The notes below the pieces were generated by a model. It searched no databases and was not told the DNA's origin. It worked only from the letters and a program-made list of their open reading frames with translations. 64,000 bases of DNA from Epilithonimonas sp. (lineage in GTDB: Bacteria; Bacteroidota; Bacteroidia; Flavobacteriales; Weeksellaceae), in NCBI RefSeq assembly GCF_032054105.1, contig NZ_DAMBTK010000003.1; one strand, 5' to 3'. Positions 27,769 through 36,898 of this stretch are shown piece by piece. Positions within the stretch are counted from its first letter, which is position 1, and every line of letters begins with the position of its first letter. The position numbers and the translations under genes are program-made.

Positions 27769-28947
27769 ATGTTAGAAATTATTAAACCATTATTACAAGA
27801 AGGAAGGTCTCAATGGAATGAGCAAATCAAAATGCTATTGTACAAGCAGAATGAAGAAATATTCGATTATGTAGACTTTGAAAATGAAGAAATATATTGT
27901 AATCCACTGTTAAACCTTTATTTTGGAAGCGAGACTCATCCTAAGAAATTAAAAAATATTTTGTTTTCACATTGGAATGGAGAAAAGGAACTTTATTTTG
28001 ACATCAATGAAGATTTATTATATATTCCTAATCTCGGTTGGTCATATAAAGTAAAAGATGGAGAATTCCCTAAGGCAAATCAAGAATTTAAAAAGCCTAA
28101 ATTCTTAATTAAAGAATGCAAAATTGAACTGTTACAAAATAGATTCCAACTTATAGAAGATTGTTTTGGAGATTATGAGTATGAAATTGAAGAAATTAGC
28201 AATAAGAATATTAGCTATGTTACGAAAGCTTATGAATCAATAAAGAGTAATCTTCCCGAGTATTTTAAACTAATAGAAAGATACTGTCCTAGATGTGTTA
28301 TATTTAATACTTTGCCATCAAATACTAACTCCTTTGCTTATAAAAGAGCTTTGGGAATTTCATTTTACAACGCTTATCAAGATAACTACGACGAAGTTTT
28401 TTTTATAGATGATATAGCGCATCAGACTGGTCATGTTTTGATGTATACAATGTTATTTGATAAAGATGTCTTTTTTACCATCGACGATGAAAATACGTCA
28501 ATTCAAAGTATAGCAACACCTAAAAATGTAGAAAGTAATAGGAGTGTTGAAATTTGGTTTCATGCATTGTACACATATTATGCTAGCTTCATTTGCTTAA
28601 ATGCATTCTTAGAAAAGAGTGACTTTACAAAAATTCAAAGAATTGAAGCGTTAGGTAGAATTTTATTGTATTTACATAGGTGCTACTACGATCTCCGACT
28701 GTTCTATACGCCTATTGACAGTTCTAAAATTTTCACTAAAATTCCGGCAGACTATCAATTCGTAGAAGATGTTTCAAAGAAAATTTTCACAGATATTGGT
28801 AAAAAAATTTTTATCGAAATAAGAAATAAGTGGATCGAAATTTACAATAAATACTATGCTTTGATTGATGACTATACCTTGGATGGTCAAGGTTATAACT
28901 TTGATTTGAAGATTTTTCTAAAAAACAATCCATCATGCTTAAAGTAG
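27769..28947 (+). CDS. Putative peptide-modifying enzyme with an HExxH-like (HQTGH) motif
   Basis: 392 aa, cytoplasmic, with a single DDIAHQTGHVLMY motif. It lies between the precursor and the exporter. Family assignment is tentative. Confidence 0.4.
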   Translation: MLEIIKPLLQEGRSQWNEQIKMLLYKQNEEIFDYVDFENEEIYCNPLLNLYFGSETHPKKLKNILFSHWNGEKELYFDINEDLLYIPNLGWSYKVKDGEFPKANQEFKKPKFLIKECKIELLQNRFQLIEDCFGDYEYEIEEISNKNISYVTKAYESIKSNLPEYFKLIERYCPRCVIFNTLPSNTNSFAYKRALGISFYNAYQDNYDEVFFIDDIAHQTGHVLMYTMLFDKDVFFTIDDENTSIQSIATPKNVESNRSVEIWFHALYTYYASFICLNAFLEKSDFTKIQRIEALGRILLYLHRCYYDLRLFYTPIDSSKIFTKIPADYQFVEDVSKKIFTDIGKKIFIEIRNKWIEIYNKYYALIDDYTLDGQGYNFDLKIFLKNNPSCLK

Positions 28948-29393
28948 CATTTTTGCTTTTTTGTTTTTTAGGCAATATATTCTTTGCTCAGGTAAACGAT
29001 AATTTGGAATTATGTGGAGACAAAAAAGTGTATCCGTATTATTATCTGCAAAATTCTGGAAATTATATTCCTGATTTTTATCAGATAAAAGGTGTTTTTA
29101 ACACTAAGTATTTTAAAGAAGAATATTCACATTTAGAAAATAATACTGGTATACTTCACATTACATTTTGGGTAAACTGCAAAGGGGAAACTGGAAATTA
29201 CTCTATGGAGTCCTTTAATTTTGATTATCAATATTGTGTTTTAAATGATAAAATAAAACAGAGAATTTTAGAATTAGTACAATCATTGAAAATATGGAAA
29301 CCTATCGCTGAAGATCAATTAATCCAAAATTTTCATCAGTATTATATTTTTAAAATAAAGAATGGAGAAATCACCGATATATTACCCAAATAA
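28935..29393 (+). CDS. Small secreted protein of unknown function
   Basis: Signal peptide MLKVAFLLFCFLGNIFFAQ. It overlaps the upstream gene by 13 nt. Confidence 0.5.
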   Translation: MLKVAFLLFCFLGNIFFAQVNDNLELCGDKKVYPYYYLQNSGNYIPDFYQIKGVFNTKYFKEEYSHLENNTGILHITFWVNCKGETGNYSMESFNFDYQYCVLNDKIKQRILELVQSLKIWKPIAEDQLIQNFHQYYIFKIKNGEITDILPK

Positions 29394-29395
29394 GT

Positions 29396-30283
29396 ATGAG
29401 AAAGAAACTTTTACCATTTATTATATCATTCCTTATGATAAATTTATTTTATGCGCAGGATTTATCTCCAAAGGCATTAAACCGCTTACAAGAAGTATCC
29501 AAAAAGAATAATGACACAATAAATATAAAATCTCCGGAAACTATATTTAATATTGGATATTGGTCAAGTTACTTTGGTATGGATGATATTGGAGAAGAAT
29601 TAATGCAATACGGTATTCGCAATGTTAAAAATTTAAAGCCGGAACTAATCAGGCATTCATCGGTACAAAATACAAAAAATGGATATTGGGTTCAAGCCAT
29701 CCAAAAGCTTGAACAATCTTCAACTTTAGATCCTAGTATAAATGCGTATTATGGTTGGGTTTTGCTTTTCTTTTATCATGATTATAGCAAATCATTAGAA
29801 AAACTTGAAAAATATGAGAAGTATATGAAAAATGAGCCAAATCTAATTGCAAATGGTGATAACTTTCATTATTTAAAAGGTATTAACTACATGCAACTTA
29901 ACCAATATGAGAAAGCAATAAATGAATTTGACTGGAGTAAGAGAGAATCATTTGAATTAACAAAAAAAAATGACTTCTTTCCATTTCAATTAGAATTATA
30001 TAAAGGAAGGTGCTTTGAGAAGTTAGGTCAACTTAATAAGGCATTGGATTCTTACGATGAATCAATTAAAATAGCAAAAGTTGCAGACAATTATTTTTAT
30101 AAGGCATTGGTCTTAAAAAGACTAAATCGAGTAAAAGAATACGAAAAAAATATAAAAATATCATTCGACTTGATAAAACAAGGTAAAAAAAATAATGATA
30201 ATTATCAGGTAGTTTTTGATGAAGTATATATCCAGGATATAGAAAAGGAATTAAATGAAATTACCAACAAATATAATAGATAA
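29396..30283 (+). CDS. Secreted TPR-repeat protein
   Basis: Signal peptide and TPR-like repeats (YLKGINYMQLNQYEKAINEF; YKGRCFEKLGQLNKALDSYDESIKI). Confidence 0.65.
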   Translation: MRKKLLPFIISFLMINLFYAQDLSPKALNRLQEVSKKNNDTINIKSPETIFNIGYWSSYFGMDDIGEELMQYGIRNVKNLKPELIRHSSVQNTKNGYWVQAIQKLEQSSTLDPSINAYYGWVLLFFYHDYSKSLEKLEKYEKYMKNEPNLIANGDNFHYLKGINYMQLNQYEKAINEFDWSKRESFELTKKNDFFPFQLELYKGRCFEKLGQLNKALDSYDESIKIAKVADNYFYKALVLKRLNRVKEYEKNIKISFDLIKQGKKNNDNYQVVFDEVYIQDIEKELNEITNKYNR

Positions 30284-32462
30284 GTTTAAACCATTTCCTT
30301 TTTATAAGCAATTGGAAGGAAAAGATTGCGGACCAACATGTCTTAAAATTATTTGTGCATATTACAATAAAGAAGTTTCCATTCAAGAGTTGAGAAACCT
30401 TTCTAAGACAACAAGGGAGGGAAGTAGTCTTTACAATCTTTCCAAAACTGCTGAAGTTTTAGGATTTGATACTTTCGGGACAACGGTAAGTTTTGAGGAC
30501 TTAAAGGAGGCACCACTTCCTTGCGTAGTTTTTTGGAAAAATTATCATTACGTTGTTTTGTATAAAATTGATAAAACTAAAGTGCATATTTCTGATCCCG
30601 CAATGGGGAAAATAAAATATTCACATAATGATTTTATTAAAAATTGGATAAATGATTCGGCTACTGCCGAAAATGATGGAATTGTACTTTTGTTGGAGCC
30701 TAATTCCAATTTTATTCTTGAAAGAAAAGATAATAAAACTAAATCTTATAGTAGATTTTTAAATTATTTAAAACAGCAAAAAAAATTAATTCTATATTTA
30801 ATTATAGCATTGTTGATTGAAAATGTAATAACATTCTTCTTCCCATTTTTTACGAAAAATATTGTTGACAAAGGTATTAGACCTAAAAATATTAGTTTTG
30901 TTTATACTGTGTTATTTGCCCAATTGTCACTATTCCTTGGTCAAATTGTAGTTGAGTCAATTAGGTCTCGAGTTTTAGTTCATTTAAGTAATAGAATTAA
31001 TATTGTATTGGTTGCTGAATTTCTCAAAAAAATGATGAATTTACCTATTTCTTTTTTTGAGGCTAGAATTACTGGAGATTTAATTCAGCGAATGAATGAT
31101 AATTATAGAGTGCAAAATTACCTTACTGGAAGTTCATTAAACACTTTTTTTTCTTTTATCAATTTTATAGTTTTTGGAGGTATTCTACTATATTATAATA
31201 GTTTTGTTTTCGGGGTATTTATTACCGGAGGTATTTTATATGTCGTTTGGTTGCTGATATTTACAAAAAGAAGAAAAGTTTTAGATTATTTAAGGTTTGA
31301 ACAGCAGGCGGAAGAACGTTCTATGACGATGGAAATTATTTCTGGAATGCCCGAGATTAAAATCAATAAAGCGGAAGATCAAAAAACAAAAGATTGGGAA
31401 AAAATACAAGAGAAGTTATATAATATTCAGTTAAAAGTTCAAAAAGTTGAGCAATGGCAAAATGTTGGCTCTAGTTTTTTGAATCATTTAAAAGATATTT
31501 TAATAACATTTATTTCAGCAAGTCTTGTAATAAAGAACAAAATTACTCTTGGAGAAATGTTATCTATTCAGTTTATTGTGGGGCAACTAAATATCCCACT
31601 TTCCCAACTTGTAACATTCATTAGAAGTTCTCAAGACGCAAAAATTAGTTTAGAAAGATTGAATGAAATATATGAGAAAGAAGATGAGGATGTAAGTGTT
31701 ATTAATCGGGGAATAGATTTGGAAGGTAAAGACATTTATCTAGAGGGTGTTTCTTTTTCATATTATGGCGTAGAAAATAATGTTCTTCATAACATTGACA
31801 TATTAATTCCAAAAAATAAAATTACAGCAATAGTTGGAATGAGCGGAAGCGGGAAAACAACGTTGATGAAGTTGCTGATTAAATTTTATAAACCAATAAC
31901 TGGTTCAATATTTCTTGAAAACTTTAATCTTAACGAAATTCACTCGAGTGAGTGGCGAAGAAAAATTGGCGTTGTTATGCAGGATGGTTATATTTTTAGT
32001 GATACCATCGCAAATAACATTACTTTAGGGGATGATAATATAGATTTAGAAAGATTGAGGTACGCAATTTCAACATCTAATTTGACAGATTTTGTTAATA
32101 AGCTACCTTTAAATACAGATACTTTGATAGGTGCTGATGGTAATGGGATTTCGGGTGGACAGAAACAGCGTATATTAATTGCAAGAGCGGTTTATAAAAA
32201 TCCTCACTTTTTGTTTCTAGATGAAGCAACTTCTGCACTTGATGCTGAAAATGAGAAAATCATCCATAATAATCTTCAATCATTTTTTAAGGGAAAAACC
32301 GTCGTAGTAATTGCACATCGACTTTCTACAGTGAAAAATGCGGATAAAATTATTGTTCTCAAAAATGGTAAAATTGTCGAGTCTGGTAGTCATGATGAAT
32401 TGGTAAGTAAAAAAGCTGATTATTTTAATCTCGTTAAAAATCAACTAGAATTAGGTAGTTAA
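30255..32462 (+). CDS. Second peptidase-C39-domain bacteriocin ABC transporter (paralogue of 22671-24875)
   Basis: C39 motif LEGKDCGPTCLKIICAYYN, Walker A GMSGSGKTT and signature ISGGQKQR. The last ~100 aa are nearly identical to the first exporter. Confidence 0.92.
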   Translation: MKLPTNIIDKFKPFPFYKQLEGKDCGPTCLKIICAYYNKEVSIQELRNLSKTTREGSSLYNLSKTAEVLGFDTFGTTVSFEDLKEAPLPCVVFWKNYHYVVLYKIDKTKVHISDPAMGKIKYSHNDFIKNWINDSATAENDGIVLLLEPNSNFILERKDNKTKSYSRFLNYLKQQKKLILYLIIALLIENVITFFFPFFTKNIVDKGIRPKNISFVYTVLFAQLSLFLGQIVVESIRSRVLVHLSNRINIVLVAEFLKKMMNLPISFFEARITGDLIQRMNDNYRVQNYLTGSSLNTFFSFINFIVFGGILLYYNSFVFGVFITGGILYVVWLLIFTKRRKVLDYLRFEQQAEERSMTMEIISGMPEIKINKAEDQKTKDWEKIQEKLYNIQLKVQKVEQWQNVGSSFLNHLKDILITFISASLVIKNKITLGEMLSIQFIVGQLNIPLSQLVTFIRSSQDAKISLERLNEIYEKEDEDVSVINRGIDLEGKDIYLEGVSFSYYGVENNVLHNIDILIPKNKITAIVGMSGSGKTTLMKLLIKFYKPITGSIFLENFNLNEIHSSEWRRKIGVVMQDGYIFSDTIANNITLGDDNIDLERLRYAISTSNLTDFVNKLPLNTDTLIGADGNGISGGQKQRILIARAVYKNPHFLFLDEATSALDAENEKIIHNNLQSFFKGKTVVVIAHRLSTVKNADKIIVLKNGKIVESGSHDELVSKKADYFNLVKNQLELGS

Positions 32463-32641
32463 ACATATATGAAAATAATTTTGCAATTTATAACAGAACA
32501 AATAAATGGAAAACCTGTTCAGTCAGAGAAGTTAAAAATCTGCTTATTGAGAATTTTGTAAATCGATAATCATTGAGACTAATACAAATTTTTTTTGTGA
32601 AAAAGGTAACATAAGAGTTATTTTTGAAATCAGCAGTAAAT

Positions 32642-32666
32642 TGTCCTAATTTATAAATCCTGACCT
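32642..32666. promoter_or_regulatory. Conserved upstream motif, copy D
   Basis: TGTCCTAATTTATAAAT is 17/17 identical to 19721-19737, followed by CCTGACCT. A TACTTTTG -7 box lies at 32697-32704, upstream of rteC. Confidence 0.45.
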
Positions 32667-32724
32667 AAACTTCTTGGAAATTAAGACAAATCAACAATAC
32701 TTTTGCTTTGCTTATCGAAAACCA

Positions 32725-33567
32725 ATGCAGGAATATTTTGAAAATATAATCGAAACACTCCAGGAAAACATCCGGGAATTATCCATGGAGATTGATAATC
32801 CCATTGTATTTTCCGAGTTGGCCGTCAAATTGAGTTTGGATACGCTTTCTGAGCTTAAAAAATATGTTCTTGAACATTCGTTTCAAAATATTGAAGATGA
32901 GATTTGGTTTTTCAAAAATATTAAACCAAAAATTCTTTCAAAATTAATTTATCATAATTCAGTTTTCAGAACTGAAACCAAAAAGCCAAATGGTGGTGAG
33001 AAAATTATTAGAAAATATTATGAAGCACAATTGGCCAAGCTCAAAAATTATTTTGAGAATAATTTAGAGTTTTATAAATATTACAGAACCGGAAATACCT
33101 TTCTGGATGATCATTATTTCGTGAGAGGCAAATATGATATAAAGCTGAGTTTGGATACTTATTTCTTTGAATCTGACCACTCTTTCACAACTTCTCACGA
33201 TTATAAAGTGGCCAAAATCATTGCAAATGATCAACTGCAGGTTTATCTTGAAAATGAACTCACCAATCTTTATAAAACACACAGCAGAGAGGAAAAAGAG
33301 TTGCTTTTGTCAGGTTTAAAATGGACGGCTCCCAAAGTTTCCCTAATTGAATTGCTTTATGCTCTGCATGCTGATGGAGTTTTTAACAATGGCGCTGTGG
33401 AACTAAAAGAAATTGCAGAAAGTTTTGAAAAAATATTCAATATCGATTTAGGACAGTTTCATAGAGTTTTTCTGGAAATAAGAATACGCAAATCGTCCAA
33501 AACAAAATTCCTTGATAATTTGAAGGAAACCCTTATAAAGAGAATGGATGATGCGGATGAAAATTAA
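32725..33567 (+). CDS. rteC: RteC-family regulator (conjugative-transposon excision regulation)
   Basis: LKWTAPKVSLIELLYALHADGVFNNGAVELKEIAESFEKIFNIDLGQFHRVFLEIRIRK is typical of RteC. Start moved from the TTG at 32674 to the ATG at 32725. Confidence 0.75.
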   Translation: MQEYFENIIETLQENIRELSMEIDNPIVFSELAVKLSLDTLSELKKYVLEHSFQNIEDEIWFFKNIKPKILSKLIYHNSVFRTETKKPNGGEKIIRKYYEAQLAKLKNYFENNLEFYKYYRTGNTFLDDHYFVRGKYDIKLSLDTYFFESDHSFTTSHDYKVAKIIANDQLQVYLENELTNLYKTHSREEKELLLSGLKWTAPKVSLIELLYALHADGVFNNGAVELKEIAESFEKIFNIDLGQFHRVFLEIRIRKSSKTKFLDNLKETLIKRMDDADEN

Positions 33568-33594
33568 TTATTACTAACCAAAATACATAATATT

Positions 33595-34791
33595 ATGAAA
33601 AAACATTTTTTTATTACATTAGCATGCTGTTTATTTTTACTATTCACATCATGCTCAGACTCTTCAATATCAACTCAATTTGATGAAAGAGGTTCTGAAA
33701 AAATCACAAAGTTTACTTCTGATATAAATGAAGAAGCTGATGCAGCAATTCAGGAAGAAGCAAATTTAAAGATTGGGAAATTAATGCAAGCTTTTGGAGC
33801 GAAAACTGTATTAGGGAAAACCAATATAAGTTACCCAGATTATTATGGAGGTTCATTCATATCTGACAAAGGTATATTAACCATTTATATTTCAGGTAAG
33901 TTTAGCACCGGTAAAAAAGAAATATTGAAGATAATTGATGAGGACAAAGTAAAATTTAAGCCAGCAAAGTTTTCGTATAGGTATTTAACGGAATTAATGG
34001 ATGAGTTGAACCTTTGGGCGATAACAAAAGAGAATCCAAGTTTACTAAATTTTATTTCAACCTTTGGTGTGATGGATGAATTTAATACGATTGAAGTGAA
34101 CGTGCTGGGATTGGATGAATACAAGAAAACTTTATTAGAAAAATCCATATTTGGGAAAGAAGGAATAAAATTTACAAATGCAAGTGGTAGAGTTAAATTA
34201 GAAACAATGATATATCCGGGATGTGCCGTTGATAGAACCTCTTCCATGGTCACCGCTGGTTCAGTAGGATTTAAGGCAAAAAGAAATTCTGATGGAAAAA
34301 TCGGATTTGTTACTGCCGGTCATGCAATATCAGTTGGCGAAACTGCTTATTATGGAGGTGCAGCGGTTGGCACTTGTGCAAATTCAAAACAATCTGGAAC
34401 GGTTGATGCTGCTTTTGTTGTTTTAAATAATATATCAACAGATGAAGTAAGTAATACACTTTGCAGCACTGTTGACAATTTGTCTTTATCTACAACTCTT
34501 CCCGGTGTTGGAACAGTTGTTAATAAAAGAGGTAGGCAGACGGGGGCAACATCTGGTAAGATTTTAAGTACGAATATAAGTATAATTAGTGCTACAGGGG
34601 AAACTATTGATAATATGTCAACTGCAGATTATAATAGTGATGAGGGTGATAGTGGTGGTACTGTTTATACTTACATAAGTAGTACTGGAGCAAGACCAAC
34701 AGCTGGAATACATATGGGTGCAATTGGAACGACAAGATATTTTACAAAAGCTACAAATATCCTTAGTACTTTTGGATTATCTAGGAATTAA
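33595..34791 (+). CDS. Lipoprotein S1-family (alpha-lytic/chymotrypsin-fold) serine protease with an N-terminal pro-region
   Basis: Lipobox LFTSC. Catalytic triad context VTAGHAI, TVDAAFV and DEGDSGGTVY. Confidence 0.8.
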   Translation: MKKHFFITLACCLFLLFTSCSDSSISTQFDERGSEKITKFTSDINEEADAAIQEEANLKIGKLMQAFGAKTVLGKTNISYPDYYGGSFISDKGILTIYISGKFSTGKKEILKIIDEDKVKFKPAKFSYRYLTELMDELNLWAITKENPSLLNFISTFGVMDEFNTIEVNVLGLDEYKKTLLEKSIFGKEGIKFTNASGRVKLETMIYPGCAVDRTSSMVTAGSVGFKAKRNSDGKIGFVTAGHAISVGETAYYGGAAVGTCANSKQSGTVDAAFVVLNNISTDEVSNTLCSTVDNLSLSTTLPGVGTVVNKRGRQTGATSGKILSTNISIISATGETIDNMSTADYNSDEGDSGGTVYTYISSTGARPTAGIHMGAIGTTRYFTKATNILSTFGLSRN

Positions 34792-34823
34792 AAATAAGTA
34801 ACTTAATTATTAAAAATAAAGTA

Positions 34824-35303
34824 ATGAGAAGTTTGCTTTTATTATTGCTTACTATAAGTTATGGATGTAACAAAAAACTCAATCCTACAAATCCATCTGT
34901 TAATAAATATACAATGAATGAAAATGTCTTAAATAGAAGTGAAAAAACGGAGGTAGTACTAAAAATTTCACCAAAAATTTTCAATTATTCTGATTCAAAA
35001 AAAGAGGGTACTTATAAACTCATAAATAATACTGAAAATCAAATATTATATTCAAGCGATTTTATTATTGAGAAATTTAATGATGAAAAATGGTTAAAAC
35101 AGGCTTTAGATCCTAAATTAGTTTTTGGAGAGATTAATTATTCATTAGAAAAGAAAACCTCGAAATCCTATCCGCTTTTTTTGGTAACATTTATGAAAGA
35201 TAAGAAGTTAGAAAGAGGACGTTATAGAATCGGTAAAAGAATATGGCCGACAAAGAACTCCAAAGATATTAGATATATATATGATGAATTTTTAATTGAT
35301 TAG
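34824..35303 (+). CDS. Small lipoprotein of unknown function
   Basis: Lipobox ISYGC; 159 aa. It lies immediately downstream of the protease. Confidence 0.5.
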   Translation: MRSLLLLLLTISYGCNKKLNPTNPSVNKYTMNENVLNRSEKTEVVLKISPKIFNYSDSKKEGTYKLINNTENQILYSSDFIIEKFNDEKWLKQALDPKLVFGEINYSLEKKTSKSYPLFLVTFMKDKKLERGRYRIGKRIWPTKNSKDIRYIYDEFLID

Positions 35304-35357
35304 TTTGAAACAATCACAACTTTGTGCAACTTGTGATTTGCAACTTGTACATCTTTT

Positions 35358-35402
35358 AAACCCTAAAAAGTAATTTTTAATACTGCTTTTTAGGGTTTTT
35401 TG
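35358..35402 (+). terminator. Rho-independent terminator
   Basis: AAACCCTAAAAAG...CTTTTTAGGGTTT followed by tttt. Confidence 0.7.
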
Positions 35403-35496
35403 TTGAAAAAAAATCGTTCACAACTTCGGTTATGATTGTGAAAAAACATAACAAATAAGGCTAAACTTTGTCGCCCTAATCAAATTTTTAATCATT

Positions 35497-35757
35497 ATGG
35501 CACTCGAAGTTTTAACCAAAGAAGATCTTCAGGAATTCAAAACAGAATTATTGGAAGACATCAAAAACCTGTTTCACATTAGAACCACAGAACAAAAATT
35601 GTGGCTTCGCTCTGCAGAAGTAAAAGAATTACTCAAAATTTCATCCGGAACATTACAGAATTTGCGCATTAACGGAACGCTTCGCTTTTCCCGCGTCGGC
35701 GGAACTCTCTACTACAACTACCAGGACATCGAAAAACTCCTACAGTCTGACAAATAA
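35497..35757 (+). CDS. Excisionase-family / MerR-like HTH DNA-binding protein
   Basis: 86 aa with WLRSAEVKELLKISSGTLQNLRINGTLRFSRVGGTLYYNYQDIEKLL. Confidence 0.75.
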   Translation: MALEVLTKEDLQEFKTELLEDIKNLFHIRTTEQKLWLRSAEVKELLKISSGTLQNLRINGTLRFSRVGGTLYYNYQDIEKLLQSDK

Positions 35758-35790
35758 TCACTGAATTATTGACCTAGGAGTTATTTGCGT

Positions 35791-35945
35791 GAAGAAAAAT
35801 CCAAATTTCTTGATAACTACAAGTTGAACTTTTACCGAATAAAAAATTCCCACTGTTTGAGCGCGCCAAAGTTTTGTTAAGCAATTCAAATAGTGAATCG
35901 CGCGAGTTTTGGGAATTTTCTTAAAAGAAATTTGAATTTTTTAGC
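35791..35945. repeat. Composite inverted repeat in an intergenic region
   Basis: Left arm: AAGAAAAATCCAAATTTCTT (35792-35811) and AAAATTCCCA..GCGCGC (35843-35866). Right arm: CGCGCG..TGGGAATTTT (35899-35919) and AAGAAATTTGAATTTTTT (35925-35942). A further hairpin GTCTTGAA/TTCAAGAC lies at 35957-35988. Confidence 0.5.
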
Positions 35946-36011
35946 AAATAAATCCAGTCTTGAATTTTTGATTCTTTTGTTTCAAGACAAAGAATAATAA
36001 ACAATAAAATA

Positions 36012-36884
36012 ATGAACTATATCCGTCACCTTACAGGCTTCTACGACCGCATACAAGAAGACGACCGCCTCAATCCAACGCACATAAGTCTGTATTTGGC
36101 CTTATTTCAGTTTTGGAATCTCAACCACTTCCGAAATCCAATCAGCATTTCCCGAAACGAGATGATGAAACTTAGCAAGATTTCGGCGTACGGAACATAC
36201 CACAAATGCATCAAGGAACTGCATCAATTCGGCTATATTGACTATTTACCATCCTTCAATCCTTACAAAGGAAGTTTGGTGCATCTGTTTAATTTTGGAG
36301 ATTTAGATAAAATCGGCGATGAAGAAAATTTTATTCAAAATCAAAAAAGCACCCATTCAAAAAATGAACGGGAATCTATTCAAAAATCGGACAACCGCCG
36401 TGTCAAAAAACAGACAGGTTCTGAACAAGCAATGAATAGCAATGATACCAAAATCGATACAGGTTATGAACAAGCATTGATACCTTCTAAAAACCTATCA
36501 AACTATAAAAACTTTACAAAGAGAGCGGCGCAACCGCAAAAATTATTGGTGGAAGAAAATAGATTTAATTCAAAAATGGAAAGGCAGGGTTCTAATATTC
36601 CACCCGAGTTATGGGAAGTGAAAATGTATTTCGAGGAAAAAGATTCCACAATTTTTGAAGCCGAAAAATTTTTTAACCACTACGAAAGCAACGGATGGCT
36701 TGTCGGCGGAAATTCTCTAATGAAAAATTGGCAGGCAAGTGCTAGAAAATGGCTTTTGAACAGCAAAAAATATGGTTTTGAAAGTTCGAAATCTACAAAT
36801 AGTGGATTGTCAAAAATGGCTTCTATTCCGAAAGCAAATCATCTGAATGCGAACATACGTAAATCCTATCAAGAAAAACTCTGA
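36012..36884 (+). CDS. Winged-HTH-like protein with a C-terminal NGW motif (replication-initiator-like); function unknown
   Basis: N-terminus ISLYLALFQFWN...ISISRNEMMKLSKISAYGTYHKCIKELHQFGYIDY. C-terminus FFNHYESNGWLVGGNSLMKNWQASARKW. It is a paralogue of 39829-40500. Confidence 0.5.
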   Translation: MNYIRHLTGFYDRIQEDDRLNPTHISLYLALFQFWNLNHFRNPISISRNEMMKLSKISAYGTYHKCIKELHQFGYIDYLPSFNPYKGSLVHLFNFGDLDKIGDEENFIQNQKSTHSKNERESIQKSDNRRVKKQTGSEQAMNSNDTKIDTGYEQALIPSKNLSNYKNFTKRAAQPQKLLVEENRFNSKMERQGSNIPPELWEVKMYFEEKDSTIFEAEKFFNHYESNGWLVGGNSLMKNWQASARKWLLNSKKYGFESSKSTNSGLSKMASIPKANHLNANIRKSYQEKL

Positions 36885-36898
36885 AAATTTTAATCATT

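Noticed and set aside
32469-32555. 28-aa ORF (MKIILQFITEQINGKPVQSEKLKICLLRIL) just after the second ABC exporter. It was considered as a remnant of a HlyD-type adaptor or another precursor.
   Set aside because: It has no GG leader motif and no Cys-rich core, and it is too short to assign. It may be a gene remnant, but that cannot be supported from sequence alone.
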